Both the position numbers and the translations under genes were made by a program. The notes below the pieces were generated by a model that did no database searches, was not told the DNA's origin, and saw nothing but the letters and a program-made list of their open reading frames with translations. A DNA stretch of 64,000 bases from NCBI GenBank assembly GCA_963708075.1, contig OY970194.1, forward strand, positions 3,776,001 through 3,840,000. The letters are read 5' to 3'. This DNA is from Sedimentisphaerales bacterium. Lineage in GTDB: Bacteria > Planctomycetota > Phycisphaerae > Sedimentisphaerales > Anaerobacaceae. This document shows positions 30,089-39,855 of the stretch, piece by piece (the first letter of the stretch is position 1; each line of letters begins with the position of its first letter).

Positions 30089-31622
30089 GTGTGCGACTAC
30101 ATTTCGTGGGGTCAGGCGGGTATCTTGCGTTGGATGTCCCAGTAGTTATGCCATAGATGGCTGGAACGCACTGACGCCAGGGCCATCATGGCCTCAGCAT
30201 TGGGTTTGTCCCAGCGCATCCCTGGGCCTTTGAGCCGGACCGTCAACGTCTTGCAGAAGGCCTCTGTCGGGCCCGAGCCGATCTCATAGCCGGCCGCTTT
30301 GAATTGTGGATACTGCGTCATCTCCTGGCGGACATCAATGAACTTGATCAACTGCTCCAGGGCTTTGCGTTTGTCGGCGGCTCGAAGCGTCTTACGCAGG
30401 GCTTGGATCTGCTCCAGGGCCTGCTCGGGGCCTTGCTCTAAGAAGCAGCCACAGATCTGCTCACGCCAATGCTGGCTTTGCACACTGCCTTGGCCATAGA
30501 CGCTTTGACTGGCCTTGATCACGTTGTCCCGCAGGTGATAGTAATCCAGGATGTTGGCCTTGAGCATCGGCAATTGGAGGTGGTATTGCTTGCGAATCCA
30601 CTCGGCCCCGTCGCTCACCGAGTAGGCCAGAGCGGCTTGATCCAGCTTGAGTTGGCCGGCGTGCTGACGCATCAACTGGCCCAGCGTCTGGGCATTGCCG
30701 CTGGTGCCGATGGCATATTGGTGCTGTTTCGAGGGATCGTAGAACGCCACGATCTTGAACTCCTTGTACGGCAGATCACTGCCGGGATGCATCGGCCGAC
30801 GCTTGGGCTGGCCCTTACGGCGACGGGCCCGTCGCTTGCGGCGTTTCTCTTTCTCCACCTGGGTGACCAAGGGCACCTTAACCCCATCGGCTCCGGTGAT
30901 GATGCAGGTGGATTTGTTCGGTCCGGACCGGCAGTCCTCGGCCGCCCAGTCGGGGCCCAGAGCCCCCGAACGCTGCTGCGTCAGGACTTGCCGGCCCTCA
31001 CCCTCGACAAGGCCGCGGACCGTCTCATGGCTGATGTGCAATTGACCGACGTAGGCCAGATTCTCGGCGGCGGTGCGAAAGTCACTGCCGACCGCCGCCC
31101 GGCAGCATAACTGGCGAACCCCCACGCTGTAGCGACTGTGGCTCATGCCCAGCCATTGATCCACCGGGGTGATGGAGCCCTTGCCGCGATTCCAATAGAC
31201 CCGGCGGCGGATCTGAACAGGACCATTGACCGTCAGATACTCAATCGAACGGCAGCCTTTACTCTCGTACCTGGGGCCGTCGTCGCTGGGCATCGGGGGA
31301 AAAAGCCGCCTCACTGTGCTGCTGGCGTAATTGAAGGGCTCTCTCATAGAGACGCTGGCGAAACAACGCACTGGCCTGGCGAACGAGTTCTTCGCTATCG
31401 GCAATGATGCGTCCGGCCTGGGCCTGATTGACGGCCTTGACCACGTCCTCGATCAAGGTATCGACCTCTCCCCTCATCGCCTTTTTCAACTGTGAGGCAG
31501 TGAGCTTCTCGTGCATGAGTACTTCCTTGCTGTATGACTGAATGACTGAATAATTCCATTCTCATCATACGCTGTCCAACTGCCCACAGGCCATACGATC
31601 CCCACGAAAATTAGTCGCACAC
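30089..31622 (-). mobile_element. Complete insertion sequence, ISKra4-like (Mutator/IS256 superfamily), 1534 bp
   Basis: 23-bp TIRs GTGTGCGACTAMWTTTCGTGGGG at 30089-30111 and 31600-31622 (21/23 match). Perfect 8-bp target duplication CCACGTTT at 30081-30088 and 31623-31630. Confidence 0.93.
30112..31516 (-). CDS. DDE transposase in two overlapping frames (31259..31516 and 30112..~31300)
   Basis: Motifs GADGVKV, VSDGAEWI, LDYYH, IGSGPTEAFCK and RLKGPGMRW. The frames meet at TTTTTCCCCC (31295-31304). Confidence 0.88.
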
Positions 31623-31727
31623 CCACGTTTCTTCCGGGCCCCTAAATCCTTACCAGGCATGGATATACGCAGGAGTGACACGCCTTTCCCGCGATTCCCC
31701 TGAAGGATGGTTCCGGCCCGTCGGGCC

Positions 31728-31846
31728 GGGAGTCTTGCGCGTTGGGGCCACCAGCCTGATTCACTCCCCCTCCCGCCTGTGCGAGAGGGTGGCCCACGGG
31801 CGGCGTATGCCCATCCATGCTGGAGGCCCGAATGCGAGAAACTCCC
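31728..31846. ncRNA. Candidate structured non-coding RNA (unassigned)
   Basis: Long imperfect stem GGGAGTCTTGCGCGTTGGGGCC(A)CCAGC / GCTGG(A)GGCCCGAATGCGAGAAACTCCC enclosing two hairpins. No convincing ORF. Folded by eye only. Confidence 0.35.
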
Positions 31847-32138
31847 AAGCGCGATCCTTCGCGTTTGGCCCCAACCCCTCGATGTGCTGTTGCCCGTTCC
31901 TGGTCCCGCAACGGGCATTGCCGCCAGGGTTATGCCCCGGACCCCGAGATTTATCGCACCGGGCGCAAAACATGAAGGACTCAATATCAGGCTGTTGCCG
32001 TACTGCGTTTGAGCAATTTCCCTAGTCCCGGCGAACCGAGAGCGGCGTATGCCTATGAAGTACTAATGAGATGTCATCTGGGGCTGGAGGCAGGTGCTCC
32101 GAGCGCCGGAATGCGGTGTCTGAAAGGAGCAGTGGGAT

Positions 32139-32345
32139 ATGAGGCTGTTGGATGTGAGCAGCATGGTAGTAATAGAAAGACCAACCACCGATTTTGAGCA
32201 GCTCTGCCCGGAATGCGGAGCCGCTATGGTCGAGTTCGACAGACGAATGGAGGATGGGGCGGTGTTTATCTGGTATGCGTGTTCGAGGGAAGAATGTACG
32301 GGACAGCGGCTGGCGAAAAAGGCTCCGCGCATGTGCGGTGTCTGA
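32139..32345 (+). CDS. Small putative zinc-ribbon protein (68 aa)
   Basis: AAAGGAG RBS, CPEC and CSREEC motifs, followed by a REP pair. Confidence 0.65.
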   Translation: MRLLDVSSMVVIERPTTDFEQLCPECGAAMVEFDRRMEDGAVFIWYACSREECTGQRLAKKAPRMCGV

Positions 32346-32362
32346 AGACTTCGTTGCGTAGT

Positions 32363-32429
32363 GTAGGGTGGGGCTTGGCCCACCGCTTCCTGTGGCATGA
32401 GGTTCATGGTGGGGCAAGCCCCACCCTAC
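32363..32429. repeat. Inverted pair of GTAG-type REPs (family B; REPIN/BIME-like)
   Basis: gtagggtggggcttggcccacc ... ggtggggcaagccccaccctac between convergent genes. Confidence 0.85.
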
Positions 32430-32458
32430 AACTCGCCGGCGAGCGTGCGGTGGCTCTC

Positions 32459-33334
32459 TTATCGTGTCAACAACGGCCTGGGGGGTGTTTCCCTGCTTAG
32501 AGCAACAACGGCCAGTAACGCGAGAACGATCCCGATGGCCTCACGGCCGGCAATCCGCTCGTGGAGCAGCAACACCGCCAAGGGGATCGTGACTAAGGAG
32601 TAGAGGCTGGTCATCGGTGTCACGATGGAGGCGCGCCCGCCCGTGCCATAGGCGATGATCAGCGCCAGATTGCCCAGGCCGTAGAACAGCCCCAGCAGAA
32701 ACAGCAACAGCCAGGTCACGCCGGACAATTGCCACAGCAAGGGCTGAAACACCGGGATCAGCACGCCTACGGGAACAAAGCCCAGCAGGAAGGCGAACGT
32801 GACCAGCTCATTGGAGGCATGGCACGTCGCCAGCTTCTGGAGAAAGCCGCTGACGCCCCAGAGGGCGATCGGGACCAGCGCCACCGCCAGCCAGGGAGAA
32901 ATCCAGGCGGAGTCCTTGCCGACGCTGAGAAAGTACAGGGCCGCCAGCGAAGCTGCAATGCCGGCCCATTGGACAACGTTGAGCCGTTCCCGAAGCACCG
33001 CCATCGCCAGGATGATCGTCACCAGCGGATACAGCGAAGTGAGCGGAATCACCGCCGCGGCTTTGCCGCCTATCGCCAGGGCCTGATAGCAGGCTATGTT
33101 GCCTGCGCTGCTGATGATGCCGGCGGCGAACGCTTGAGCGAATCCACGCCGGATGTTCGGGCCGGACCCAAGCCGTCTCGACGCGACCATCACGGCCAGC
33201 ACCGGCAACAAGCCGATCGTGGACAGGCACTGCACCTGCCAGGGCGACAGCATCACAGACACCGGCTTGGAGACCACGCCCCAGCCGCCCCAAAGAAGCA
33301 TAGTGATCAGGCTGTAGAGAAACCAGCGGGGCAT
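32459..33334 (-). CDS. EamA/DMT family transporter
   Basis: Two EamA repeats (LWG..., VIPLTSLYP..LRE / VTPMTSLYS..LHE); ~10 TM segments. Confidence 0.9.
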   Translation of the reverse strand: MPRWFLYSLITMLLWGGWGVVSKPVSVMLSPWQVQCLSTIGLLPVLAVMVASRRLGSGPNIRRGFAQAFAAGIISSAGNIACYQALAIGGKAAAVIPLTSLYPLVTIILAMAVLRERLNVVQWAGIAASLAALYFLSVGKDSAWISPWLAVALVPIALWGVSGFLQKLATCHASNELVTFAFLLGFVPVGVLIPVFQPLLWQLSGVTWLLLFLLGLFYGLGNLALIIAYGTGGRASIVTPMTSLYSLVTIPLAVLLLHERIAGREAIGIVLALLAVVALSRETPPRPLLTR

Positions 33335-33340
33335 GAATCT

Positions 33341-34450
33341 TTACTCCGTTCTCGTTCGATCGTGGATGCGGTGAGCGGCGACGGCCGGGCCTGCCTGCTC
33401 GAAGACCGGCGGTGCGAATGTGCTTTCGATGAGCCGGGCCTGCCCATCCCGTCCGGACGCCTGCGCCTGGAGCATGACCTCGAGCACATGCAACGCATGC
33501 TCCGGCGTCACGATGGGCGGGGTCTGTCTGTGGATGCATTCGATCAGATGGCGCAGGCCATCCGTCCACGGCCACTCGGGGTGCGTCTCCTTGAAGTACT
33601 GCCAGCAGCCTGCCGCGTTCTGCCAGATCTCGTAGCCATCCGGGTCCCAATCGTCGCCATGCAGATAGATCGTCCCCTCGGTGCCGAAGAGCTCCAGCCC
33701 CGGGCCGCGATATTGCTGAATCGTAAAGCCGGTCATCACCGTCGCAAAGCACGAGCCCCCAAAGTCGAGCAGGACCTGCGCGTTGTCCTCCGCCTCCACG
33801 CGAACCGCCTGCCCGTTGATCGTGCGTTGCGGCACGGCCACGCCGGTCATCGCCGTCACCCGCCGGACCGGGCCCAGCCAGCCGGTGAGCGTGGTCAGGG
33901 TGTACACGCCGAGGTCGAAGAGCGCCCCGCCACCGGCCTTGTAGAACCAATCCGTCCAGTCGGGCCCCGCCCAACCGTAACGACCGCGTGCGCTGACCAC
34001 CCGGCCGATATCGCCGCGGTGCAACCTGGCAGCAATGGTCTGGAAGGTGGGACTAAGAGTCGTAAACGGCGCACACGCCAGATACCTGCCGCTGGCTCGC
34101 GACAGAGCGACAAGCTCTCGCCCTTCCTCCAGATTCGTCGCCAGTGGTTTTTCCACCAGGACGTGCTTACCGGCCTCCAGGGCTGCCTTGGCCATCGACG
34201 CATGGGTGAGCATGGGCGTGAGAATGGCGACCGCATCGACATCGTCGCGCCGCAGCATCTGCTCATAATCGCGGTAGAAAGCGCGGACACCCAGCCGGCC
34301 GGCAATGTCGCGGTGCTTCTCACGGCCGCACAATGCAACCAGCTCAGCCAATCCTTCCTGGTAAAGCTGCTCGATCGCGGGCAGATAGGCACCGAGCACA
34401 TTGCCGCAGCCGACGATAGCGATTCGCACTGGAGAAGCGTCATGGATCAT
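33341..34450 (-). CDS. Gfo/Idh/MocA family oxidoreductase (cytoplasmic)
   Basis: Motifs IAIVGCG, GKHVLVEKP and GGGALFDLGVY. Confidence 0.92.
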   Translation of the reverse strand: MIHDASPVRIAIVGCGNVLGAYLPAIEQLYQEGLAELVALCGREKHRDIAGRLGVRAFYRDYEQMLRRDDVDAVAILTPMLTHASMAKAALEAGKHVLVEKPLATNLEEGRELVALSRASGRYLACAPFTTLSPTFQTIAARLHRGDIGRVVSARGRYGWAGPDWTDWFYKAGGGALFDLGVYTLTTLTGWLGPVRRVTAMTGVAVPQRTINGQAVRVEAEDNAQVLLDFGGSCFATVMTGFTIQQYRGPGLELFGTEGTIYLHGDDWDPDGYEIWQNAAGCWQYFKETHPEWPWTDGLRHLIECIHRQTPPIVTPEHALHVLEVMLQAQASGRDGQARLIESTFAPPVFEQAGPAVAAHRIHDRTRTE

Positions 34451-34551
34451 AAGCGATGCATTGGAGCATTTTCAGATTGCCGGTGCAAGGCGAAAAATGT
34501 AGGCTTGTGGCACGTCACGTTACTAAGGACTTGTGTTGCAGAGGATCGGAG

Positions 34552-35169
34552 ATGCGAATCTGCATCATGGCTGTTTCACTCATGGTCTTCCTTGGCGTGC
34601 TGTCGTGTGTTCCGCGGACGAACGACGATACGGGATTCATTCGGCTGCTCTCGGAAGACACTGTCAAGGACTGGCGTCAATGCGGCCCGGGCCACTTCAT
34701 CGTGAAGGACGGCGTCGCCACAAGCGAAGGCGGCATGGGATTGTGGTGGTATTCGGCCCGGCAGTTCGAGGACTTCATCCTTCGCGGCGAGTTCGTGCAG
34801 GAACAGGAGATCGCCGACTCGGGTGTGTTCCTCCGCTTCCCCGATCCGGGCAATGATCCGTGGGACGCCGTACACAAGGGCCACGAAATGGAGATCGGCG
34901 ATCCGGAGCCCAACGACCCGACTTGGCGCACGGGATCGATCTATCCCTTCTGTGCATCCGGCAAGGCGAACACGAGGCCCATCGGGCAGTGGAATCAGTA
35001 CGAAATTGTCTGCGTCGGCCACTTGTACACGGTCCAGATCAACGGCGAAGAAGTGCTCCGCTGGACCGACCCGAACCAGCGAACGCTCAAGGGCTACGTT
35101 GGCCTGCAGAACTATCCAGATAACAAGGCTGTACGGCACCGGAACCTACGAATCAAACCGCTGCCGTAG
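34552..35169 (+). CDS. DUF1080 (3-keto-disaccharide hydrolase-like) putative lipoprotein
   Basis: Lipobox-like VLSC; motifs DFILRGE, DSGVFLR, TGSIY, WNQYEI, GYVGLQ and RNLRIK. Confidence 0.88.
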   Translation: MRICIMAVSLMVFLGVLSCVPRTNDDTGFIRLLSEDTVKDWRQCGPGHFIVKDGVATSEGGMGLWWYSARQFEDFILRGEFVQEQEIADSGVFLRFPDPGNDPWDAVHKGHEMEIGDPEPNDPTWRTGSIYPFCASGKANTRPIGQWNQYEIVCVGHLYTVQINGEEVLRWTDPNQRTLKGYVGLQNYPDNKAVRHRNLRIKPLP

Positions 35170-35288
35170 AATCGTGCGGACAATCGCAAGGTCCTGAAAA
35201 TGGATATCGCAAGTGCCGGCCGGGTGGCATCGTCAAGGCCGAAGGCCTCGTTTGTAGTGACGCCGTAAGGCGTTTCAGTAACATGGGC

Positions 35289-35369
35289 CGGGTGCCATGC
35301 TTACGCTTGCGTAAGCATGCCTTGCCCGTCGAATTGGGCATGGCTACGCAAGCGTAGCCATGGCACCCG
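35289..35369. repeat. Paired palindromic REP-like element (GGGTGCCATG type)
   Basis: cgggtgccatgcttacgcttgcgtaagcatg ... catggctacgcaagcgtagccatggcacccg. Confidence 0.8.
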
Positions 35370-35422
35370 CGCCGTGAGTTCGTCGGATAGGAAATTGAGC
35401 TAGTTCCTGGTGGAGAGAAGTC

Positions 35423-36649
35423 ATGCGAGAGATAGTGACGGCAAATATCGGCGGTCGAAATCTGCACATTGATGAGCTGGGCCGGAGGAGTTTTCTGAAA
35501 AAGGCGCTGGCGGCCGGATCGGGCCTGGCTACGGTGCCGGCGTGGCTGGCGGCGGCCGAAGCACAGATTCCTGCGGGCAAGAGGCTCCGTGTCGGGTACA
35601 TCGGCTGCGGCAGCGTCTCGCATGCCTACCTGCCGAGCTTGGCAGAGGCTGAGTTCATCGAGCTGGTCAGCGTCTGCGACATCATCGTCGAACGGGCACA
35701 GAAGGCGGCCGAGGAGCACAAGATCCCCAACGTCTTCCCGAACATCGACGCCATGCTCGGCGGGCCGAAGTTCGACCTGCTGGTCAACACGACCTCCATG
35801 CCCTCGCACGGCCCGGTGAACAAGAAGGCGCTGGAGGCCGGGTGCAACGTCTGGAGCGAAAAGCCGATGGCCCTGGAGGTCAAGAACGCCCGCGAGCTGC
35901 TCGACCTGGCGAAGAGGAAGGGCGTGCAAATCTGGGTAGCTCCGACTTGCGTCACCAGCCCGCAGTTTCGATTCATGTCCGACATGATCCAGAGCGGCAA
36001 GATCGGCCGGGCCACCGCCGGACACGGGACCTACGGCCACGGCGGGCCGACATGGTCGGCATGGTTCTACGAGAAAGGCGGCGGCAGCCTGTACGACCTG
36101 GGCGTGTACAACGTCACCACGCTGACGGGCCTGCTTGGGCCGGTGAAGGAGGTCGTGGGCATGACCGCGGTGATGAACAAGACCCGCAAGGTGGACGACA
36201 AGGGCGAGGTGACCGTGACAGCCGATGAGAATACGATGCTCATCATGCACCACGGCAACGGCGTGTTCTCACACGTGCAGACGGGCTTCGTCTATTTCGA
36301 GCCGGAAGCACCCAGCCGTGAGCGGAAGCTCTATACGATCGACATCACCGGCACCGACGGCTCGCTGCACGTGCAGGGCTGGGACTGGTCCCCCGCCGCC
36401 GTGGACGTAGCGACCCGGGGACATTCGATCCTGCAGCCGCAGTGCCGGGAGAAATGGCCCTACGAGTGGGTGGGCGGTGCCCGTTACGTGGCGAGTTGCC
36501 TGCTGACGGGACAGAAGAGCCTGATCACCGCCGAGCACGGCCTGCACGTGCTCGAAGTCATGAACGCCTGCCATGCATCGCAGGCAACAGGCCGGCGGAT
36601 CGCCGTCGAATCCACCTTCAAGTGGCCGATTTTCGGCTGGGATACATAG
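35423..36649 (+). CDS. Gfo/Idh/MocA family oxidoreductase with Tat signal
   Basis: GRRSFLK twin-arginine motif; IGCG, SEKP and GGGSLYDLGVY. Confidence 0.92.
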   Translation: MREIVTANIGGRNLHIDELGRRSFLKKALAAGSGLATVPAWLAAAEAQIPAGKRLRVGYIGCGSVSHAYLPSLAEAEFIELVSVCDIIVERAQKAAEEHKIPNVFPNIDAMLGGPKFDLLVNTTSMPSHGPVNKKALEAGCNVWSEKPMALEVKNARELLDLAKRKGVQIWVAPTCVTSPQFRFMSDMIQSGKIGRATAGHGTYGHGGPTWSAWFYEKGGGSLYDLGVYNVTTLTGLLGPVKEVVGMTAVMNKTRKVDDKGEVTVTADENTMLIMHHGNGVFSHVQTGFVYFEPEAPSRERKLYTIDITGTDGSLHVQGWDWSPAAVDVATRGHSILQPQCREKWPYEWVGGARYVASCLLTGQKSLITAEHGLHVLEVMNACHASQATGRRIAVESTFKWPIFGWDT

Positions 36650-36702
36650 GAACCACCCCGGTCAAAGTAGGTATGAGGTGTTTTGCATTCCAGACTTATG
36701 AC

Positions 36703-36739
36703 GGGTGGCAGCGGCAAACGCCGTTTGCCGCTGCCACCC
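36703..36739. repeat. Perfect 18-bp inverted repeat (REP-like hairpin or possible terminator)
   Basis: gggtggcagcggcaaacg-c-cgtttgccgctgccaccc; no U-tract. Confidence 0.75.
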
Positions 36740-36818
36740 ATGGTTCGCACATTGACAGGGTAGATACAGAGGAACACCAATGCTCTCAATCGCACATGAA
36801 GAAGTCGCGAGGTGAACG

Positions 36819-39800
36819 ATGAGACTGTGGATCGAATCGGTCAGGTCCCTGCTCCTGGCGGGAATCCTGGTGTCGGTGGACGTAGTCACCCCGCTGCTGC
36901 ACGCGGAGTCGAACTCGGTGACAATTCAGGCGGCGAAACCCGCGCCGGCGGACGAGACCCCGGGGCCCCAGCCGTACGAAATGGTTCGGGCCGGACGCAA
37001 GCCGCCGCATGTGCCCCTCGTCAATTTCGACTCGCTCGAAGGCTGGCAGGTCGAATGCGCGGAAGGAGCCGTTGCCGAACTCTTCGGTTCGCAAAAGCAA
37101 CGCGTTTGGGAATCGCCTGTCGCCCGGCTCGTCTATCGCGGCACATCCGACAAGAGCACGATCACGTTGCGTCCGCCCGTGCCGGTTCCCATCCCTGATG
37201 CTGTATCGGCGACGACACTCTGGGTTTATGGCAACAACTGGGCGTGGGCGCCGGAGCCGGGGACACCCCGCGTTACCATCTCGCTTCTGCTCCTGGACAA
37301 GGACAACGCCGCGCATACGCTTTCTCTCACGCAAGTCGCGTGGAAGGAATGGTGGCTTGTCCACAAGGTTTTGCCGAAAGACCTGCTCGAAAAAAGTCCG
37401 CTTCGTCTTGCGGGCCTGCGCATTGCAGGCGGCGCCAACAAGGAGGATCGGGAGCTGTTCGTCGAGGACCTGGTCTTCTTCAAGGAGGACCCTACTCCGT
37501 TGAGTTTCGGGGCCAGGCCCAGGCGAGGCATCGACCCGTTCCCGGGCCAATCGCCCGGCGCAAATACCGGATTGAGCCGATTGCCCTTTCCCACCCGTGA
37601 GGAAACCATCCTGCCCGAGAATCAGGCGACGGCTTTCAGCACGAAACTGGAGCAAGGGGGCGAGGTCTGGCGATTCACGTACCAGGATGCCGACACGCAG
37701 TTGCAGTACGAACTGAGAGCGGGCGAGGGATTCTGGGGTCCCGTGCTTGTCAAGCTGAACGGCGTTCAAGTAGCCAAGGCCATGGTGGACGCAGGAGTGA
37801 AGTTCGTCGCCGCAGCCCACCGATGTGCGGCTGATCGAGGTACAATCCGGTGACGACGGACTCAAAGCGTCGTGGGAGATGAAAGTGAACGGCACTGTGG
37901 CAGTCATTCGGTCCGCCGTGCGTCTGTGGCAGAAAAGCCTAGTGGTGGACTGCTTCTGTTCCGGTGGATTGGCTACGGAGCTTTCTTACGGCCGTATCGA
38001 GGATGCCAATCAGCCGGAACTACTGCTGCTGCCTTATCTGAACTACGGGGGCCATCATCTGAACGTGCTGATGTCGAAAGGCAAAGTCCCGTACTTTGCC
38101 TCAGTCTGGATGGACTGGTACCGCTCGAACGCCTCCGAGCCCTACGCGGTTGACACGATTGACGCGGGCAAGGTTCACCTGAACGGCGGCGTGAGGTACA
38201 TCCCGAAGACGGACGGGCAGCGCAACGACGTTTTTGAGCGATTCTTCGTGACGTTCTCGCCGGTATTCGAGGACACGCTGCCGACGATTGCCAACCCCCC
38301 GGCCAAACGCGGACTCGAGGCCGCCACGCGCCTGTGGCAGGAAAGCTGGGGCCCGGAGAATTACGATCGCGAGCATGAACGGTCGAAGAAGCTGCGCGCG
38401 TACGGCATTGAGATGCTGACCCAGTGCAACCACGAAATCACGTGGCGCGACAGCGGGGAGAGCTTCACGTTCCGCGAGGCCGCGGCGCCGGGCAAAGGCG
38501 GCGACGAGGCCCTCAAGCAGTACGTGGCGGCCCAGCGGTCGCTCGGCTGGCGGTCAGGCCTTTACACGAATTACACCGATTTCGCGCCGGTCAATGCGTA
38601 CTGGGACACGGATCACGTGATGCGCCGGCCCGACGGCAACCTGGTCACCGCCTGGGCCCGATGCTACTCCCCGAAGGCGCTGTTCGCCGTGGAGATGGAT
38701 CGCAAGCTCGCCCCGCTGATCCAGAGCAAGTTCGGCACGAACGCCGCATATACCGATGTTCACACATCTGTCAGCCCGTGGGACCGGACGGACTACGACG
38801 CGCGTGTGCCCGGCGCCGGAACCTTCGCGGCAACATTCTACGCCTACGGCGAACTGCTGCTGCACGACCAGGACGTGTACGACGGTCACTGCTGGTCCGA
38901 GGGCAACCATCAGTGGCTCTATGCGGGCCTGTGCGCGGGCAACTACGGCCTGACGTACAGCGGGCTGCGGCTCTGGGAGTATCCGTACCTGCCGCACTTC
39001 GACCTGCTCAAGATGCACCCGCTGACCGTCGATATCGGCGTGCCGTGGACGAGTCAGTTCTTCAACGGCAAAGAGGGCTGGCAAAAGCCCGAGAACATCG
39101 TCGCGAGCATCGACCAGTTCCTGGCGGCGACGATTGCATACGGCCACATCGGCTGGCTGGTCGAGGAAGCGCACGGCATGCGGCAGACCTGCCGGTCGTA
39201 CTACATGCTCCAGCCGCTTCAGATGCGCTACGCGATGCGTAAGCCCCTGGAAATCCGCTACGGCGCAGAGCGCGGCCTCATAAGCTCCTCCGAGGCATTC
39301 CAGAGTGGCCAGTGGCGAAAGTCGAAGCTGTACATCCATTATCCAAATGACTTGCGAGTGTGGGTCAACGGCAACGCGGGCGAATCGTGGCCGGTGGAGC
39401 ACGAGGGCGTCACGAACGACCTGCCACCGTTTGGCTGGCTCGCCATCGGCGCCGATGACTTCTACGAGTGTTCGCTGTCCGTCGACGGAAAGCGGTATGA
39501 TCGCGTCGGTTCGCCCGAGTGTATCTTCCTCGACGGCCGGGGTACATGGCGAGACTTCGATGGCATCGGCGCCTCCGGCAGCATCGCCGTCCGACGTGCG
39601 AAGGAGGGCAAGGGCCTTTCAATCACGACGATTGAAGCCGTGGACCGGCTCATGATCGCAAAGCCCGCAGGCGTCTTCGGCAGAGAAGACGTGCGATCAG
39701 CAATCGGAGCGATTGCGCAGGCGCAGGCAATCACCGCACGAGCACTGGACCAGAACGACAAAGACCTCGGCGAGGTGACCATCCGGCGCACCGAATCCGG

Positions 39801-39855
39801 ATGGGAGATTCAGCCGCCGAAATCTACAGTCCGGCTGGACATCACCGTAAAGTAG
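36819..39855 (+). CDS. Large secreted hypothetical protein, possible GH101/GH129/DUF5696-like TIM-barrel glycosidase; frameshift at ~37815-37822
   Basis: Signal peptide in ORF 36819..37853. ORF 37825..39855 has APGKGGDEALK, GLYTNYTD, AYTDVH and WSEG. The two frames differ by one base at the overlap. Confidence 0.55.
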
